Assembly (NCBI GenBank): GCA_035656255.1
Contig: DASRSV010000030.1
Span: forward strand, 1,338-65,337
Source of the DNA: Thermoplasmata archaeon
GTDB taxonomy: Archaea > Thermoplasmatota > Thermoplasmata > Lutacidiplasmatales > UBA184
Length of the DNA stretch: 64,000 nt
Direction: 5' to 3'
Shown here: positions 44,851 through 54,475 of the stretch, in pieces
How positions within the stretch are numbered: position 1 is the stretch's first letter
How the letters are laid out: each line of letters opens with the position of its first letter
Translations under genes and position numbers: made by a program
The notes under the pieces: generated by a model
What the model saw: the letters and a program-made list of their open reading frames with translations, nothing else
Database searches by the model: none
What the model was told of the DNA's origin: nothing

Positions 44851-46239
44851 ATGGCGGTGCTGCTCGCGTCGTCGCTCCTCGTGCTCTCCGCTACGAGCAC
44901 GACGGGGTCCTCTACGGACCGCTCCGTCCCGGGCGGCCCCGACCGCTCCTCGCTCCACTTCTCCCCGTCCTTGGCCATCTACTCGAGCTCCACGATCAAC
45001 TACACGAGCTCCGTGGACGGATTCCTGCTGAGCTATGTGGAGACGCTCCCCGCCGGGTTCAACAAGTCCCGCACCTACCCGCTCGCGGTCGAGCTCCACG
45101 GACTTACCGGCGAAACCGTCCCGATCTCGGGCGGCCTCCCGAGCTACGTGGTGCCGACGACCGCCCAGGCAGCGGCGGCCGCGGGATTCATCCTCCTGAA
45201 TCCGAACACGCGGACCGGCTCCGGGTGGTACATCAATTCGAACTACACGGGGCCGCAGGAGCAGGACATCCTGGACGCGATCGCGATGGAGCGGACCGTC
45301 CGCCACATCGGCTCCGTCTACCTCTTCGGCGAAAGTATGGGCTCCATCGGGACGCTCGAGATCGGCCTCGACCACCCGCACCTGTTCCGCGGCCTCGGCG
45401 CGATCGCCAGCTTCTCGGACTTCTTCGAGATGTACGACTACCTCAACTCGACGGCGTACTCCTACCTCACGCAGTTCATGCTGCTTCCGAGTGGCGGCGC
45501 TCTGCCCAACGCCTCCGCGTACGCTCGCGGGATCTTCGTGCACCTCTCCTCGCTTCGGTTCCACCCGCAGAATCTGAGCGGGCAGCGGCTCTATGTGGCG
45601 AACGGAGCGCAGGACGTGCTCGCGTCGAACAACCTCTCCCTCTGGCCGTATCAGCAGGAGAACAACACCCTCGTGAACCGCACGTGCCTCACGAGCACGA
45701 CGTTCGCCGAGCCGTCGAACTGCACGACCCCCGTCGGGGCCCTCGCGGCGCTCCACCCAGGGCAGTTCGCCTACCGTTACGTCTTCGAGCCGAACGGACC
45801 CCACGATTACTACCTGATGAACGCCTCCGACATGTTCGCGTTCTGGCTTGGCCAGCGTCCCTCGGGAACGTATTGGGGTCACTGGCCGATCCCGACGCTG
45901 GTCGCCCCGCCCCAACCGATCGTGACGGTCGCGACGTTCCCCTGGGGGTGCGGCGCCGTCCGGGTCGGAGGCCACGCGCTTCACTCGGGCGACGTCCTCG
46001 TGACGAAGCCAGGGAACTACTCGATGCGGATCCGCTCGTGCGGGAACCTTTCCGTTCGCGCGGTACGCGCGAACGGGGGGCTCAGATGGCACGGGCTCAC
46101 GATGACGCTCTCGGTGAATGGCAGCGGAGCGATCGTCGTGACGTTCACCTCGCCGGGCCGGGGTCGGGGGGCCGGTCGGTTCGCCGATCGCGGACCCAAG
46201 CGGAGCTCGTGCGGGCTTAGGCGATTATCACCTGGGTAA
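44851..46239 (+). CDS. Secreted alpha/beta-hydrolase (esterase/depolymerase-like) glycoprotein
   Basis: Signal peptide MAVLLASSLLVLSATS. Nucleophile elbow GESMG. Many sequons. Confidence 0.55.
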   Translation: MAVLLASSLLVLSATSTTGSSTDRSVPGGPDRSSLHFSPSLAIYSSSTINYTSSVDGFLLSYVETLPAGFNKSRTYPLAVELHGLTGETVPISGGLPSYVVPTTAQAAAAAGFILLNPNTRTGSGWYINSNYTGPQEQDILDAIAMERTVRHIGSVYLFGESMGSIGTLEIGLDHPHLFRGLGAIASFSDFFEMYDYLNSTAYSYLTQFMLLPSGGALPNASAYARGIFVHLSSLRFHPQNLSGQRLYVANGAQDVLASNNLSLWPYQQENNTLVNRTCLTSTTFAEPSNCTTPVGALAALHPGQFAYRYVFEPNGPHDYYLMNASDMFAFWLGQRPSGTYWGHWPIPTLVAPPQPIVTVATFPWGCGAVRVGGHALHSGDVLVTKPGNYSMRIRSCGNLSVRAVRANGGLRWHGLTMTLSVNGSGAIVVTFTSPGRGRGAGRFADRGPKRSSCGLRRLSPG

Positions 46240-47131
46240 GGTCGACCGCGTTCGGTCCCGACCCGAAGTCGATCGAGGCGAGGGCGGACCCGGCCGCAGG
46301 CGCTACCCGGGTGAAGTTCAGGCTCGAAGTGTCGACCTGGGCGAAGCCGGTCGTCAGGAAGTAGGTGACGAGCTCCCAGCTGTGGGTCGCGTTCGGCGCG
46401 CCGATCGCGAAGCGGTAGGTGAAGGTGGAGGAGCCGTTGCGCGCCACGGACGCCCCGGTCGTCGTGAGGGAGTGGGTGCACGTGGGAGCGCAGGAGACTA
46501 GCTTGGACTGGGAGGAGTAATTGTACAAGCTCGGGAAGAGGGCGCTCGACGACCCGTAGTACCGGCCGGCCGTGGCGTCCGCGACCAGGCTCAGCAGCTC
46601 CATCGAAGCCGAGGCCGTAACGCGGCACGACAGGTAGCCGAACGAGGCACTCGGAGCCAGGCGACCGCTGCAGAGGTGGACCGCGGAGAGGGAAACGTTC
46701 TCCGTCCATCGGAACGACCAGCTCGCGTTCACCCAGGCCGTCGACGCGTTCGGGGGTAGCCGGAGCGGCAGGACCACGTACCAGCTTTGACCCCAAGAAG
46801 CAACCGAATCGGTCCCGGTCCCGGGGGCGTAGGCTCGGCAGCCGTGAGCCTCGGCGACGCCGCCCGCCACGCCGACACCCGAGGAAGGGAACCATCGCGG
46901 CGAGGACGTGGACCACGAGCCCGCGCATCCACTCGAGAATTGGTATGACGCCCAGACGACTCCGGCGTGGCGGTACGGAGCAGTCGCGCCGGCCGCGCCT
47001 CCGAGGGGGGCGACCAAGACGGCAACCCCCACCGCTGCGCCGAACCGGACCGCGGGACGACCCCAAGAGGCGACGCGGAGGCGGACCGGTCCGGGACCCT
47101 CGGCTCGAGGCCGCCTCCCGGGAAAGCGCAT
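46217..47131 (-). CDS. Secreted Cys/sequon-rich protein, paralog family member C
   Basis: Signal-like FGAAVGVAVLVAPLGGAAGATAPYRHAG. Motifs are shared with the other paralogs. Confidence 0.5.
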   Translation of the reverse strand: MRFPGRRPRAEGPGPVRLRVASWGRPAVRFGAAVGVAVLVAPLGGAAGATAPYRHAGVVWASYQFSSGCAGSWSTSSPRWFPSSGVGVAGGVAEAHGCRAYAPGTGTDSVASWGQSWYVVLPLRLPPNASTAWVNASWSFRWTENVSLSAVHLCSGRLAPSASFGYLSCRVTASASMELLSLVADATAGRYYGSSSALFPSLYNYSSQSKLVSCAPTCTHSLTTTGASVARNGSSTFTYRFAIGAPNATHSWELVTYFLTTGFAQVDTSSLNFTRVAPAAGSALASIDFGSGPNAVDLTQVIIA

Positions 47132-47225
47132 TACGAGCCCCCTACCGCGCCCTGCGCTTAACGAGCGCCGCGGCGCCGGCGCGCCGACCGACTGTTTCTT
47201 AGTTGGTGAGCGCTTTCGCGGCTCG

Positions 47226-48149
47226 ATGTCGCGGCGGCTCCGAGATTCGATCGGTTCCTACCGGATCGCTGCCACCGTGTTGGCTCTCACGGGGGTTCTC
47301 GCGACGGTCGGCGCGAGCGCGACGCATCCATCGCCGCGCACGTATCTTGCTCCGTACAAGGGGACCGTGAGCTCCCCGGGGGTCTCGACCGGTGCGCAGG
47401 CTTGCGCCAAGGCCGTTCAGACCATACCGAAGTGGAGCCCGCAGCTCGGCATTATGAACGAGTCCGACTCGGCGAGCGCAAAGGTCTGTGCGAAGTCGCT
47501 CGGGGGGGTGGGCTACTTCAGCTCCGCCTACTCGAGCGGACAGCTCGCCCTCGCGATCCCGATCCGGATCCCCACCAACGGGAGCCACACGATCGAGATC
47601 AACTGGACGCTGACGCTGGCGACCATCCAGAGCTGGACGGTCGGGGGATGCCCGCGCGCGAACTTCTCGTTCCCGGTCCCGTCTAGTTCGAGCGAAGACG
47701 CCTACTGCACGAACCAGGAGCTCGTCGACGTCTACATCACCGCCTACCTGGTCGATCTCACGAACTCGAGCTACAACGGTGCGACGTACGCGTGTGCGTC
47801 CGACTACAACAGCTCGGGATGGCAGAACAGCTCCTACTGCTACAATTACGGGACCCCCGGCTGCTCGAACACGACGGGGCCGTTCAACTACAGCAACAAC
47901 TACGGGTACAACAACCCCGGTTGGTCGGCGTTCACCTGGAACGGGATGACCAAATTCTCTCTCTGGACGAACGGGACCAAGATGGTCCGGACCGATCGGT
48001 GGATTGTCGAGCTCAACTTCTACAAGGACTCGCAGGCGGCGGCCGGGGCGTACCACGTGCTCGGTGCGTGGCCGGGCGCCGCGCGGGCGTTGATCAACAT
48101 GGGAACCCTCGGGAACTCGGCGAAGATCGACTCGATCACTGTCTACTAG
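47226..48149 (+). CDS. Secreted Cys/sequon-rich protein, paralog family member D
   Basis: ATG 47226, with a TTTCTTAG element about 27 nt upstream. Signal IAATVLALTGVLATVGASA followed by RTYLAPYKGT (compare HTYVAPYRGT in member A). Confidence 0.6.
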   Translation: MSRRLRDSIGSYRIAATVLALTGVLATVGASATHPSPRTYLAPYKGTVSSPGVSTGAQACAKAVQTIPKWSPQLGIMNESDSASAKVCAKSLGGVGYFSSAYSSGQLALAIPIRIPTNGSHTIEINWTLTLATIQSWTVGGCPRANFSFPVPSSSSEDAYCTNQELVDVYITAYLVDLTNSSYNGATYACASDYNSSGWQNSSYCYNYGTPGCSNTTGPFNYSNNYGYNNPGWSAFTWNGMTKFSLWTNGTKMVRTDRWIVELNFYKDSQAAAGAYHVLGAWPGAARALINMGTLGNSAKIDSITVY

Positions 48150-48163
48150 GGAAAGAGGAGCCG

Positions 48164-48583
48164 ATGACGAGTCGCCCGACCGCGGGACGAATCTCGCCGG
48201 CGTTCGACCGGCTGGTCGCGGACCTCACGAAGCTCCCCGGAGTGTCGCAGCCGACGCGGCGCGGTTTTGGCAACGCGGCGCTGTGGGCCGGCCACCGAAT
48301 GTTCGCGTTCCTCGACGCCCGAGGCTCGTTCGTCGTGAAGCTGCCCGCGACGCGCGTTGATGCGCTCGTGGCGGAGGGCCGCGGGGTCCGCTGGGTCCCG
48401 GGAAGAGGACGGTCCATGCGGGAGTGGGTCGCGCTGGACGGCGCCCACGCCGGGAGCTGGTTGGACCTCGCGATCGACGCGCGGGCGTTCGTCGCGGAGG
48501 GGAAGTCTTCCAAACTCCGGTCCGGGGCGATTGCGACGCGCAGCGCGCGAGCGAAGCGGAACCCGGCAAAGCGCACCCGCTGA
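48164..48583 (+). CDS. TfoX N-terminal-domain-like small protein
   Basis: GFGNAALWAGHRMFAFLDARGSFVVKLP resembles the TfoX_N core. Paralogous to the ORF at 58591. GGAGG lies 6 nt upstream. Confidence 0.5.
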   Translation: MTSRPTAGRISPAFDRLVADLTKLPGVSQPTRRGFGNAALWAGHRMFAFLDARGSFVVKLPATRVDALVAEGRGVRWVPGRGRSMREWVALDGAHAGSWLDLAIDARAFVAEGKSSKLRSGAIATRSARAKRNPAKRTR

Positions 48584-48767
48584 GCGTCGAGCGGCCGCCG
48601 ACGGTGCGCGCCGGCTCTCGCTCGAGCGACGGATGCATGCGTAGCCATACATGGGGTACATATCGGAGTCGGATGGGCGCCGGGATTGGCGCGCAAGCCG
48701 TGGCGGACCGGAGCAGGTTTGGCAACGAACGAGCGGTTAAAGAGAGGCCCGGTTCTCCCGCGCCGAG

Positions 48768-51290
48768 ATGTCCGCTCGCCGTTGGGTTCTCGGGTTAGCG
48801 ACCGCCGCCGCCGTACTGGTGCTCTTCGCCCCTAGCGCTGCCGCGTCGACGTCGGGGGTCGGCGGCCACGCCGCCGCGCCCGTCGGGGTGGCGGTATCGC
48901 ACGCAGCGGCCTCGGAGCTCTCGGCGCACGCCCTCTCGGTGCTCAACTCGATCAAGGCCGCGCACGTCCCGATGCACGATGTGTTCCTGCCGAACTTCAA
49001 CGCGCGCCTCGGCGTCTCGAACGGGATCGTTTCCCCGCTCTACACGACCGCGCCCGCGCCGATGGGGCTCGGCGACTTCGGGATCCGCGACGTACACGGC
49101 CACAACGTCGGGACGATCTCCTACACCCAGAGCGACAAGGCGGTCGTCAAGATCAACTCCGTGGACCCGTTCTACCTCGCGTCGTCGTCGCCGGATTGGT
49201 TCACGCTGCAGCTCAACAGCGTCCTCACCGGCGTAACGGTGCTCAACAACACGTCGGGCCAGTACTGGATCCAGAACGTACCGATCTACCAGGCGTCGAC
49301 CCAGACGCTGAGCATCGAGGACAACATCTGGAACTTCAGCTCGCCCGGCGCCGGAATGTACCGGAGCACGCTCTACAGCTACTTCGGGAACGTCGTGCAA
49401 CCGACATTCTACTACGCGACGGGTCCCGCGTGGCACATGCCCACGCCGTTCACGATCGCGCTCTACAACAACGCGACAGTCCTGAACGACCGGCCCACGG
49501 TGTTCTTCAACTACTCCATCACGGCGGCGAACGGCTCGATCTACGCGGGCACGTTCGATCAAGTGGAGTTCAACTCGACCGGGCTCGCAACCCCGACCGG
49601 GCCGGCGGCGACGCCCTCCTTCCAGATCAACGGCAAGGCGTTCGACCCGATCGGGCTCCTCAACGATGAAGAGATCATGATCGGGGGACCGGGCGGCGGC
49701 TCGACGACGACGCTCCTCGGCTTCCATGCGACCATGTCGCTCGCGACGCTCCCGAACGGATCGACGAACTACCGCAACGCCCCGGCCGGCTGGGGCTTCG
49801 GGACCGACACCGGCGAGACGAGCGAGGGGATCTCCGTCTGGACGACCGGCGGCGCCAACCCGGTAGCGACGTTGGGCGAAGGGCCGTCGATCCTCGCCCC
49901 GCTCTGGGGCATCGCGGGCGCGGCGGGCGGCACGACGACGATCCACCTTACCGTCACTCCGAGCAACGCGTTCGTCTTCGTCTCACCCGGGAAGACGTTC
50001 TCGCTCGCGACCTCGGCGTGGATACCGATGCCCGCCTCGGGCTCGATCGCGTTCACACTTCCGGACGGCAGCTACACGGTCCGCGTGCTCCTGAGCAACT
50101 TCAACCCCCAGACCCATACGGTCGGGCCCCACAGCGGCGGGCTCACGGTGAACCTCCACGCGAACACGGCGATGGGAGTGTACACGCCCCTCTGGGCGTG
50201 GAACGACGGGCAGCTCGCCGCGATCTCGCAGCCCGGCGGCGCGGGGACGATCGCCCACCCGTACGTCCTCTGGAACAACCAGATCGGGCTGCTGAGCCCG
50301 CTCTTCGGGGAGGTCAACGACTACTTCTTCCCGGTCTTTGCGGGAATCTTCCTGGGCGACACGACGGCGCACGTCACCGTCACGGCCCCGTCGCTCGCGA
50401 TCGCTTACACGCTCCCTGCGACCGCGGGCGCGTGCACGTTCTTCGGCCTCCCGTGCACGAACAACCTCCCGCTCCAGTTCTACAACGCCCAGCACGTCGC
50501 GCTGTACGGCTCGCCGATGATCACGGGCTGGTTCGCGAACTTCGTGACCTACACCTCCGAGGTCGAGCTGTGGAACGTCTCGCACAGCCTGATCGCGAAC
50601 AACACGTTCGGCGTCCAAAGCGTCGGGCTCATCCTCTCGGTCGGCGGGAGCTCGAACTGGGTGTTCGGGAACGTGTTCAACTCGGCGACCACCACCGCCA
50701 CGAGCCCAGGGGCGGTCTTGCAGGGCACCGCGCCGATCGGGATCGAGGAGTACGAGAACCACGACCTGATCTGGAACAACGAGTTCCTCACGACCGTCAC
50801 CGCCTACACGCCGCCGTTCGACCTCTACTCGGGCGCGTTCAACTTCTGGTCGGACTGGTGGAACGTGGCGACGCAGCCGGCGGGGAACCCCCACGTGCAC
50901 GACGGCTGGACCTTGAGCGGGAGCATCCTGGGCCTCCCGACCGTCGGAGGGAACTACTGGGCGAACTACGGCACCCAGTCGGACCCGTACGGTCGGATGC
51001 CGTACAACGACGGCGGCGCGATCTTCGTCGGGGGCGACTGGGCCCCGCAGACGACGTTCGCGCTCTACAAGCTCACGTTCGTCGAGAGCGGGCTTGCCCA
51101 CGGGACGAACTGGACGGTCACGTTGAACGGGATCAGCTGGACAACGAGCGGCACGACGATCGCGTTCTGGGACCCGAACGGGACGTACGCGTTCACCGTC
51201 ACGCCGGTCGCGGGCTACACAGCGCATCCGACGAAGGGCGCGGAGACGGTGAACGGCGCGAACCAGTCGCGCGGGATCACCTTCACCTAG
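48768..51290 (+). CDS. Large secreted thermopsin-like / parallel beta-helix glycoprotein
   Basis: Signal peptide WVLGLATAAAVLVLFAPSAAAS. 840 aa with more than 25 sequons. The C-terminal half has repeated beta-helix-like strands (e.g. NNTFGVQSVGLILSVGGSSNWVFGNVFN). A TTAAAG element lies about 28 nt upstream. Confidence 0.55.
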   Translation: MSARRWVLGLATAAAVLVLFAPSAAASTSGVGGHAAAPVGVAVSHAAASELSAHALSVLNSIKAAHVPMHDVFLPNFNARLGVSNGIVSPLYTTAPAPMGLGDFGIRDVHGHNVGTISYTQSDKAVVKINSVDPFYLASSSPDWFTLQLNSVLTGVTVLNNTSGQYWIQNVPIYQASTQTLSIEDNIWNFSSPGAGMYRSTLYSYFGNVVQPTFYYATGPAWHMPTPFTIALYNNATVLNDRPTVFFNYSITAANGSIYAGTFDQVEFNSTGLATPTGPAATPSFQINGKAFDPIGLLNDEEIMIGGPGGGSTTTLLGFHATMSLATLPNGSTNYRNAPAGWGFGTDTGETSEGISVWTTGGANPVATLGEGPSILAPLWGIAGAAGGTTTIHLTVTPSNAFVFVSPGKTFSLATSAWIPMPASGSIAFTLPDGSYTVRVLLSNFNPQTHTVGPHSGGLTVNLHANTAMGVYTPLWAWNDGQLAAISQPGGAGTIAHPYVLWNNQIGLLSPLFGEVNDYFFPVFAGIFLGDTTAHVTVTAPSLAIAYTLPATAGACTFFGLPCTNNLPLQFYNAQHVALYGSPMITGWFANFVTYTSEVELWNVSHSLIANNTFGVQSVGLILSVGGSSNWVFGNVFNSATTTATSPGAVLQGTAPIGIEEYENHDLIWNNEFLTTVTAYTPPFDLYSGAFNFWSDWWNVATQPAGNPHVHDGWTLSGSILGLPTVGGNYWANYGTQSDPYGRMPYNDGGAIFVGGDWAPQTTFALYKLTFVESGLAHGTNWTVTLNGISWTTSGTTIAFWDPNGTYAFTVTPVAGYTAHPTKGAETVNGANQSRGITFT

Positions 51291-51444
51291 TCGCAGTGGA
51301 GGGCCGTCCGGTCTCCCGCCGGGTGGGGGGGCCGGACGGTGATGCCGCCCGTGGAAGCCGCCCCGGGCCGGGAGGCGGTGCCCGACTTCGGCCCGGACGA
51401 TTGCTCTATCTACGGGGAGCCCCGAGTTCCTTCCCAGAGCTTCG

Positions 51445-52041
51445 ATGGCCGCTGGAACCGTAGCGTGTCCCAAGTGCGGGGCCTCGAACGCGGCCGGTAG
51501 CCGGTTCTGCCTCGTTTGCGGCCAGCCCTTGACGGCGGGGGCGGTCCCGTCGCCTCCTCCCCCGCCCCCGCCGCCGACCCCATCCCCCTACGGCGGCGGG
51601 CCGGGCGCGGTCCCGGGGCCGTACCCGGCGATGCCGCCACCCGCGCCGAAGCGGTCGATGAAGACGATCGTGATCGCCCTCGTCGTCGTCGTCATCGCGG
51701 TCGTCATCCTGGTGGTCCTCGCGACCGTGCCGGTCGTCGCCGAGCAGACGCACGACACCGTGAGCTGCGGCGGCTTCGCGGGTCTCACGTCCCGGAGCTT
51801 CCCCTCGGGAACCAACGTGAACATCTACTGGACCACCGGACCCGGCGGTGCGAACGTCACCTTCGCGATCGCCGGCGGGTCGATCACCGCTCCGACGGTC
51901 TACTCCCATACGGGGAGCTCGGACTCGACCCAGCTCCATTCGACCGGGGGCACGTACTACTTCACGTGCGTACCGAGCGGCACCGGCACGACCTCGCCCG
52001 ACGTCGCGGTGACCGAGAACTTCACTGCGCCCATCCTGTAG
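51445..52041 (+). CDS. Zinc-ribbon / poly-proline linker / single-TM / extracellular beta-rich domain protein
   Basis: CPKCG...CLVCG at the N-terminus, then PPPPPPPPTPSPY, a TM helix IVIALVVVVIAVVILVVLA, and an extracellular domain with sequons. Confidence 0.5.
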   Translation: MAAGTVACPKCGASNAAGSRFCLVCGQPLTAGAVPSPPPPPPPPTPSPYGGGPGAVPGPYPAMPPPAPKRSMKTIVIALVVVVIAVVILVVLATVPVVAEQTHDTVSCGGFAGLTSRSFPSGTNVNIYWTTGPGGANVTFAIAGGSITAPTVYSHTGSSDSTQLHSTGGTYYFTCVPSGTGTTSPDVAVTENFTAPIL

Positions 52042-52089
52042 ACCGTCGCGGCCGGCCACCCCCCGGCGGCCGGCGCCGCCACACCCTCC

Positions 52090-53190
52090 TCAGCCGGTCA
52101 CGTGGGCGGGCACGGCGGAGCGGTGGGGGACCCCGGCCGCGGCGCGGAGGCTCGCCGAACGGTACAGCCGAAGGAGAAAGAGCCCAAACGCGAGGTCGGC
52201 GAGCAGGACGACCTCGATCGGGAACTGCGCCACGAATCCGAACACCATCACCGGCAGCACGAGGCCCGCGGCGAGGGCGATCAGCTGGCGGTCGTCCCGC
52301 CCCGGGGTGAGCCGCCGCCCCGCGAAGTAGCACCACGCAAGGATCACCGCGCAGACGAGCACGAAGGTGGCGGACGCGGGCCAACCGAGCGCTCCCGGAA
52401 TCGCCTCCGAGAACAGCACCGCCGGGAACGCCGAGAGTCCGAGGAGACCGTACGCCAGCGGACTGCCCGCGAGACCGCGGCGACCGCGTGCGAGCAGGTC
52501 GGGGGGCACGCGTCGCGCGAGCAGGACCAAGCCTCCGATGACCGCGAGGCTGGCGCCGAGGATGACGGGGCCCATGAAGTAGTGGAGACCGAGCACCGTG
52601 ATCGCCATCAGGATCAGGACGTCGACGACGAGGATGGACCCGACGATCCACGTTCCCCGGCGGGTGAGGAGCGACCGTCCGCGCTGTTCGGGGAGCGCCA
52701 GGTCGAAGAGCAGGAGCGGTAGGCAGATGCTGAAGACGGTGTGGAAGAACACGATCGAAGGGACCCAGATCCAGTTGACACCGAGCCAGTGACCGTAGCC
52801 CCCGAGCACACCCACGTTCGGCGAGGTCGGGTCGAACATGGTGCTCAGCGCCACCCCCTCCTCCAGGATCCCGTACGCGGCCGCCAGTACGGCGACGGTC
52901 GCGAACCCCACCTTCCATCGGACGCGCGCCTCGCGGATCAGGAGCACCCCGGGACCGTACAGTCCGAGGTTGAGCGCCAGGAAGATCGGGAAGACGAGCG
53001 GCGCGACCACGAGGCCGGAAAGCTTCGACGACCCCGAGAGGTATTCCGGGATGCCGGGGGTGAGGACGAGAAGGGTCAGGATCGGGTGGGCCCGGAAGAA
53101 CGAGATGATGCGCTGGAGGAACGAGGGACGCGATGGAGCCGGCTTCGGCACGCCGTCGGGCCGATCCCCCTCGGTAGGCCCGATCGCCAT
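52090..53190 (-). CDS. Polytopic membrane protein of unknown function
   Basis: About 10 predicted TM helices. Downstream of, and co-oriented with, the hxlR-like gene. Confidence 0.5.
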   Translation of the reverse strand: MAIGPTEGDRPDGVPKPAPSRPSFLQRIISFFRAHPILTLLVLTPGIPEYLSGSSKLSGLVVAPLVFPIFLALNLGLYGPGVLLIREARVRWKVGFATVAVLAAAYGILEEGVALSTMFDPTSPNVGVLGGYGHWLGVNWIWVPSIVFFHTVFSICLPLLLFDLALPEQRGRSLLTRRGTWIVGSILVVDVLILMAITVLGLHYFMGPVILGASLAVIGGLVLLARRVPPDLLARGRRGLAGSPLAYGLLGLSAFPAVLFSEAIPGALGWPASATFVLVCAVILAWCYFAGRRLTPGRDDRQLIALAAGLVLPVMVFGFVAQFPIEVVLLADLAFGLFLLRLYRSASLRAAAGVPHRSAVPAHVTG

Positions 53191-53282
53191 GGTCCGCGCT
53201 CCCGGGTCCGGAGAGGCGGTATTTCAATCCCTACGAACGAATGATTCTCCGAGCGAGAGCATGCGCATGGACGCGCACACAC

Positions 53283-53729
53283 TTACGACTTCTGGCGCGC
53301 GAACCGCGCGAGGTCCCGGAGCATGACGTCGGCGGACCCGGGATAGAGCTGCCCCACGGCTCGGGACCGACCGTCCTGGAACACCGCGCTCGGGTGGTTC
53401 TTCACCCCGTACTCCATGAGCGCGGTCAGCACCGGCCAGACATCTTTCCCCTTCGGCGCGAGGACGTACCGCGGCCGACGGGCGCCCAGGGTCGTCTCGC
53501 GCTCGATCAGCCCCTCGGCGGCGAGCTGCCGGAGGCGGAGCGACAGTGTTCGTTGGCGGAGTCCCGGATTGTTCTTCCGTATCAGTCCGAACGTTGCTCC
53601 CGGAAAGAACGCGATGTCGCGGAGGATCGTGAGGGTCCACTTGCGGCCGAGCGTCCCCAGACTCGCGAAGATCGGGCATGTGATGAACTCGGTGGTGGGA
53701 GGCGGGAGCACCTCGGTCTCGGTCTGCAC
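53283..53729 (-). CDS. HxlR-family winged-helix transcriptional regulator
   Basis: CPIFASLGTLGRKWTLTILRDI is the HxlR signature. Confidence 0.8.
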   Translation of the reverse strand: MQTETEVLPPPTTEFITCPIFASLGTLGRKWTLTILRDIAFFPGATFGLIRKNNPGLRQRTLSLRLRQLAAEGLIERETTLGARRPRYVLAPKGKDVWPVLTALMEYGVKNHPSAVFQDGRSRAVGQLYPGSADVMLRDLARFARQKS

Positions 53730-53914
53730 GGATCCTCCTGGCGCTGCGAGGGCGCACCCGTGGGGGTATCCGGAGCCCTCCTGAAACCTTCGTTGGTTCT
53801 CCCCGCTCGCCGGGGGCCGCCGCCCGACGGCACGGATGGTATCCTTACGTGCCGAGCGCCCTTATCGCCCCGGGACCCTTCGGGATGCGCGCCCGCTGGG
53901 CGGAGGATGGATCG

Positions 53915-54289
53915 ATGACCCACCATGAGGAGAAGCCGAAGTTGGACCACGTCGAGTTCGCGTCGAAGGACCCTGCCGCGACGCGGAAGTTCCTCGAGAA
54001 GGCGTTCGGGTTCAAGATCACCGTGATGCCGGAGATGGGCGGCTACGCGATGCACGGGCGGAGCGAGGGCGCCGTCGCGGCGAGCTTCGGCGTCCGCGAG
54101 CTGATGGGGCCGGAGCAGCCCGGGTCCGTCGTCTACATTACGGTCGGGAACATCGACGAGGCGCTCAAGAACGTGAAGGCGGCCGGCGCTTCGGTCATGA
54201 TGGAGAAGACCGAGATCCCGGGGATCGGCTGGTCCGCGGTGTACCACGCCCCCGGCGGAGTCGTCCAGGGCCTGTTCCAGAACAAGTAG
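53915..54289 (+). CDS. VOC-family (glyoxalase/bleomycin-resistance) protein
   Basis: LDHVEFASKDPAATRKFLEKAFGF. A GGAGGATGG lies upstream. Divergent from hxlR. Confidence 0.65.
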   Translation: MTHHEEKPKLDHVEFASKDPAATRKFLEKAFGFKITVMPEMGGYAMHGRSEGAVAASFGVRELMGPEQPGSVVYITVGNIDEALKNVKAAGASVMMEKTEIPGIGWSAVYHAPGGVVQGLFQNK

Positions 54290-54475
54290 TCCGGTCGACC
54301 CCCCCGTCGTCGGCCCGCCGTTCGGCGCGGGCCGGCGAACGCTGCGTCGCCGTACCACTCCCGAACGGGGGACACCGGCGCGACCCACCCGTCATCGGTC
54401 GAACCCGAGCCCGCCGGGCGGGGAACGGCACGATCGTGCCGCGTCCCCTTATCTCCCCGCAGGAGGTGCGAGGGC

